Assembly: GCA_036273095.1 (NCBI GenBank)
Contig: DATAXF010000008.1
Coordinates: 10,769 to 74,768 of the forward strand
From: Steroidobacteraceae bacterium
GTDB taxonomy: Bacteria; Pseudomonadota; Gammaproteobacteria; Steroidobacterales; Steroidobacteraceae
Direction: 5' to 3'
Length of the DNA stretch: 64,000 nt
In this document: piece by piece, positions 62,812 to 64,000 of the stretch
Layout of the letters: every line of letters starts with the position of its first letter
Numbering within the stretch: the stretch's first letter is position 1
Notes under the pieces: model-generated
What the model saw: the letters and a program-made list of their open reading frames with translations, nothing else
What the model was told of the DNA's origin: nothing
The model's database searches: none
Made by a program: the position numbers and the translations under genes

Positions 62812-63723
62812 TCACATGTTCGCGCTCGGCGCGACCTCGCCGTCCTGCACGGCACTCACTACCTTCAGTGCATCCACGGTTGCAGCCACATCGTGAACGC
62901 GGAGGATACGCGCGCCATTCATCGCCGCAATCACCGCGAGCACCACGCTGCCCGGGACCCGCTCGTCCGGCGGTCGGCCCGTCAGCGTGCCCACCATCGA
63001 CTTGCGCGACAACCCGGCCAGGATCGGCAATCCCTGCACCGACAGCTCGCCCAGGCGGCGCAGCAGCTGCAGATTGTGCGCGACAGTCTTGCCGAAGCCA
63101 AAGCCCGGGTCGAGGGCGATTCGCTCGGCGGGAATTCCGGCGGTGACGCAGGCCGCCACCCGTTCCGCAAGAAACCCCCGAACCTCTGCCACGACATCCT
63201 GGTAGCTGGGCGAGTCCTGCATGGTGCGCGGCTCGCCGAGCATATGCATCAGGCAGACCGCGCACCCCGACATCTCCGCCGCCTGTAGCGCGCCCCGCTC
63301 GCGTAGAGCGCGCACGTCATTGATCATCCCCGCGCCCGCGGCCGCCGCGGCGATCATCACTTCAGGCTTGCTGGTATCGACCGAAAGAATGGCCTGCGTT
63401 CGCGAGCGCAAGCGTGCAATGACTGGTACGACCCGAAGCAGCTCCTGGTCCAGGTCCACGGGCCGCGCACCCGGCCGCGTCGACTCCCCGCCGACGTCGA
63501 TGATGGCAGCCCCCTCCTCCGCCATCTGCAAGCCGCGATCGACCGCCTCCTCCAGCCGAACGAATCGTCCCCCATCGGAGAACGAGTCCGGAGTGACGTT
63601 CAGCACTCCCATGACGACCGGCCGCTCGAGCCCGAGCACCCGCTCTCTGCAATAAAGCACCGAATGCGACTTGGCCACGCTCGATTTCACTGCGGCATAG
63701 GAGCTGGCGGCGTGCGAAAGCAA
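62812..63723 (-). CDS. folP: Dihydropteroate synthase
   Basis: VMGVLNVTPDSFSDGG, IIDVGGESTRPG, DPGFGFGKT motifs. Start is uncertain (TTG 63723 as the ORF limit; an internal GTG about 20 codons downstream is also possible). Confidence 0.9.
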   Translation of the reverse strand: MLSHAASSYAAVKSSVAKSHSVLYCRERVLGLERPVVMGVLNVTPDSFSDGGRFVRLEEAVDRGLQMAEEGAAIIDVGGESTRPGARPVDLDQELLRVVPVIARLRSRTQAILSVDTSKPEVMIAAAAAGAGMINDVRALRERGALQAAEMSGCAVCLMHMLGEPRTMQDSPSYQDVVAEVRGFLAERVAACVTAGIPAERIALDPGFGFGKTVAHNLQLLRRLGELSVQGLPILAGLSRKSMVGTLTGRPPDERVPGSVVLAVIAAMNGARILRVHDVAATVDALKVVSAVQDGEVAPSANM

Positions 63724-63785
63724 GTCAGTAAGCGGCCCAGGGCCGCTCCGTGGGCCGCGAGGTCAAATCCTGTCGACGGCTGGCC

Positions 63786-63812
63786 GCGCAAATCGCCGGG
63801 AGCGATTTGCGC
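63786..63812 (-). other. Perfect 11-bp stem-loop between ftsH and folP
   Basis: gcgcaaatcgc-cggga-gcgatttgcgc, 9 nt downstream of the ftsH stop on the minus strand. No U tract. Confidence 0.4.
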
Positions 63813-63820
63813 CAATAGGC

Positions 63821-64000
63821 TTAGTGCTGCCCGGCAGGCGGCCCAATCGCGGTCGAACCAGTTGCCGGCGCAGCCGGCCCCTCGGAAGGCGCGCGCGGCG
63901 GCCGGTTGGACAGCGTCTCATCCCACCCCGCCGGCGGCTTGGGCGGCCTCCCCGCCATGATGTCCTTCAGCTGCTCCTCATCGATGGTCTCGTACCTCAT
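63821..64000 (-). CDS. ftsH: ATP-dependent zinc metalloprotease FtsH, C-terminal 59 codons (gene continues beyond the window)
   Basis: My own translation of the minus strand: MRYETIDEEQLKDIMAGRPPKPPAGWDETLSNRPP...GQH, then TAA at 63821-63823. This is a typical FtsH C-terminus, and the ftsH-folP-glmM synteny fits. Confidence 0.75.
   Translation of the reverse strand: MRYETIDEEQLKDIMAGRPPKPPAGWDETLSNRPPRAPSEGPAAPATGSTAIGPPAGQH

Noticed and set aside
1-64000. Window-wide scan for CRISPR arrays, rRNA, IS elements or transposases, prophage genes, retron or reverse-transcriptase genes, and restriction-modification or other recognisable defence systems.
   Set aside because: I found no regularly spaced repeats and no ORF with DDE, tyrosine- or serine-recombinase, RT, methyltransferase or nuclease-helicase signatures. 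Only vapBC is present.

Overview
This is a GC-rich proteobacterial chromosomal segment. Third codon positions are dominated by G/C, and there are many long spurious antisense ORFs. All calls come from my own reading of the translated ORFs, their motifs and the DNA. No database search was possible.

Core region (about 45.5-64 kb, minus strand): housekeeping genes in the order ftsH (3' end), folP, glmM, tpiA, secG, tRNA-Leu(GAG), nuoABCDEFGHIJKLMN. This is a complete 14-gene complex I operon with separate nuoC and nuoD. I associate this synteny with Xanthomonadales/Burkholderiales-type genomes.

Left 45 kb: a very tightly packed mosaic. Several convergent gene pairs have 0-4 nt spacers or overlapping ends. 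It contains:
- Small regulators: HxlR, PadR, two ArsR/MarR-type proteins, and a vapBC pair.
- Redox and detoxification enzymes: ALDH, NmrA, VOC, GST, RidA, an FAD disulfide reductase and an MBL hydrolase.
- A class A beta-lactamase with a Tat-like signal.
- LPS-core genes: GT2, a Kdo-hydroxylase-like gene and GT9.
- A hydroxyproline-epimerase/MBL/acetolactate-synthase-like operon.
- A glycoside-hydrolase operon (GH144-like, GH15, S15-like protein, SbmA/BacA-type ABC half-transporter) with a divergent GH3.
- A CPA2 antiporter fused to Usp domains, a P-type ATPase, and the homogentisate genes (MarR-type regulator, hmgA, fahA).
- A soluble chemoreceptor and a large UPF0182 membrane protein.

I found no rRNA, CRISPR array, transposase, integrase or phage genes. 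The only defence-type module I recognise is vapBC.

Most unusual signals:
1. A ~108-bp three-hairpin intergenic repeat. There are two full copies, one partial copy and a tail remnant. The central 14-bp stem differs between the full copies by three compensatory base-pair changes.
2. The glycoside-hydrolase operon. Its ABC half-transporter deviates in the Walker A, signature and Walker B motifs. Its S15-family member has Gly at the expected nucleophile Ser.
3. Several gene relics: a FecR-STN chimera, an lgt 3' fragment with an in-frame stop, and a Rossmann stub fused to a DoxX-like gene.

I cannot tell from the sequence alone whether any of these is truly undescribed.
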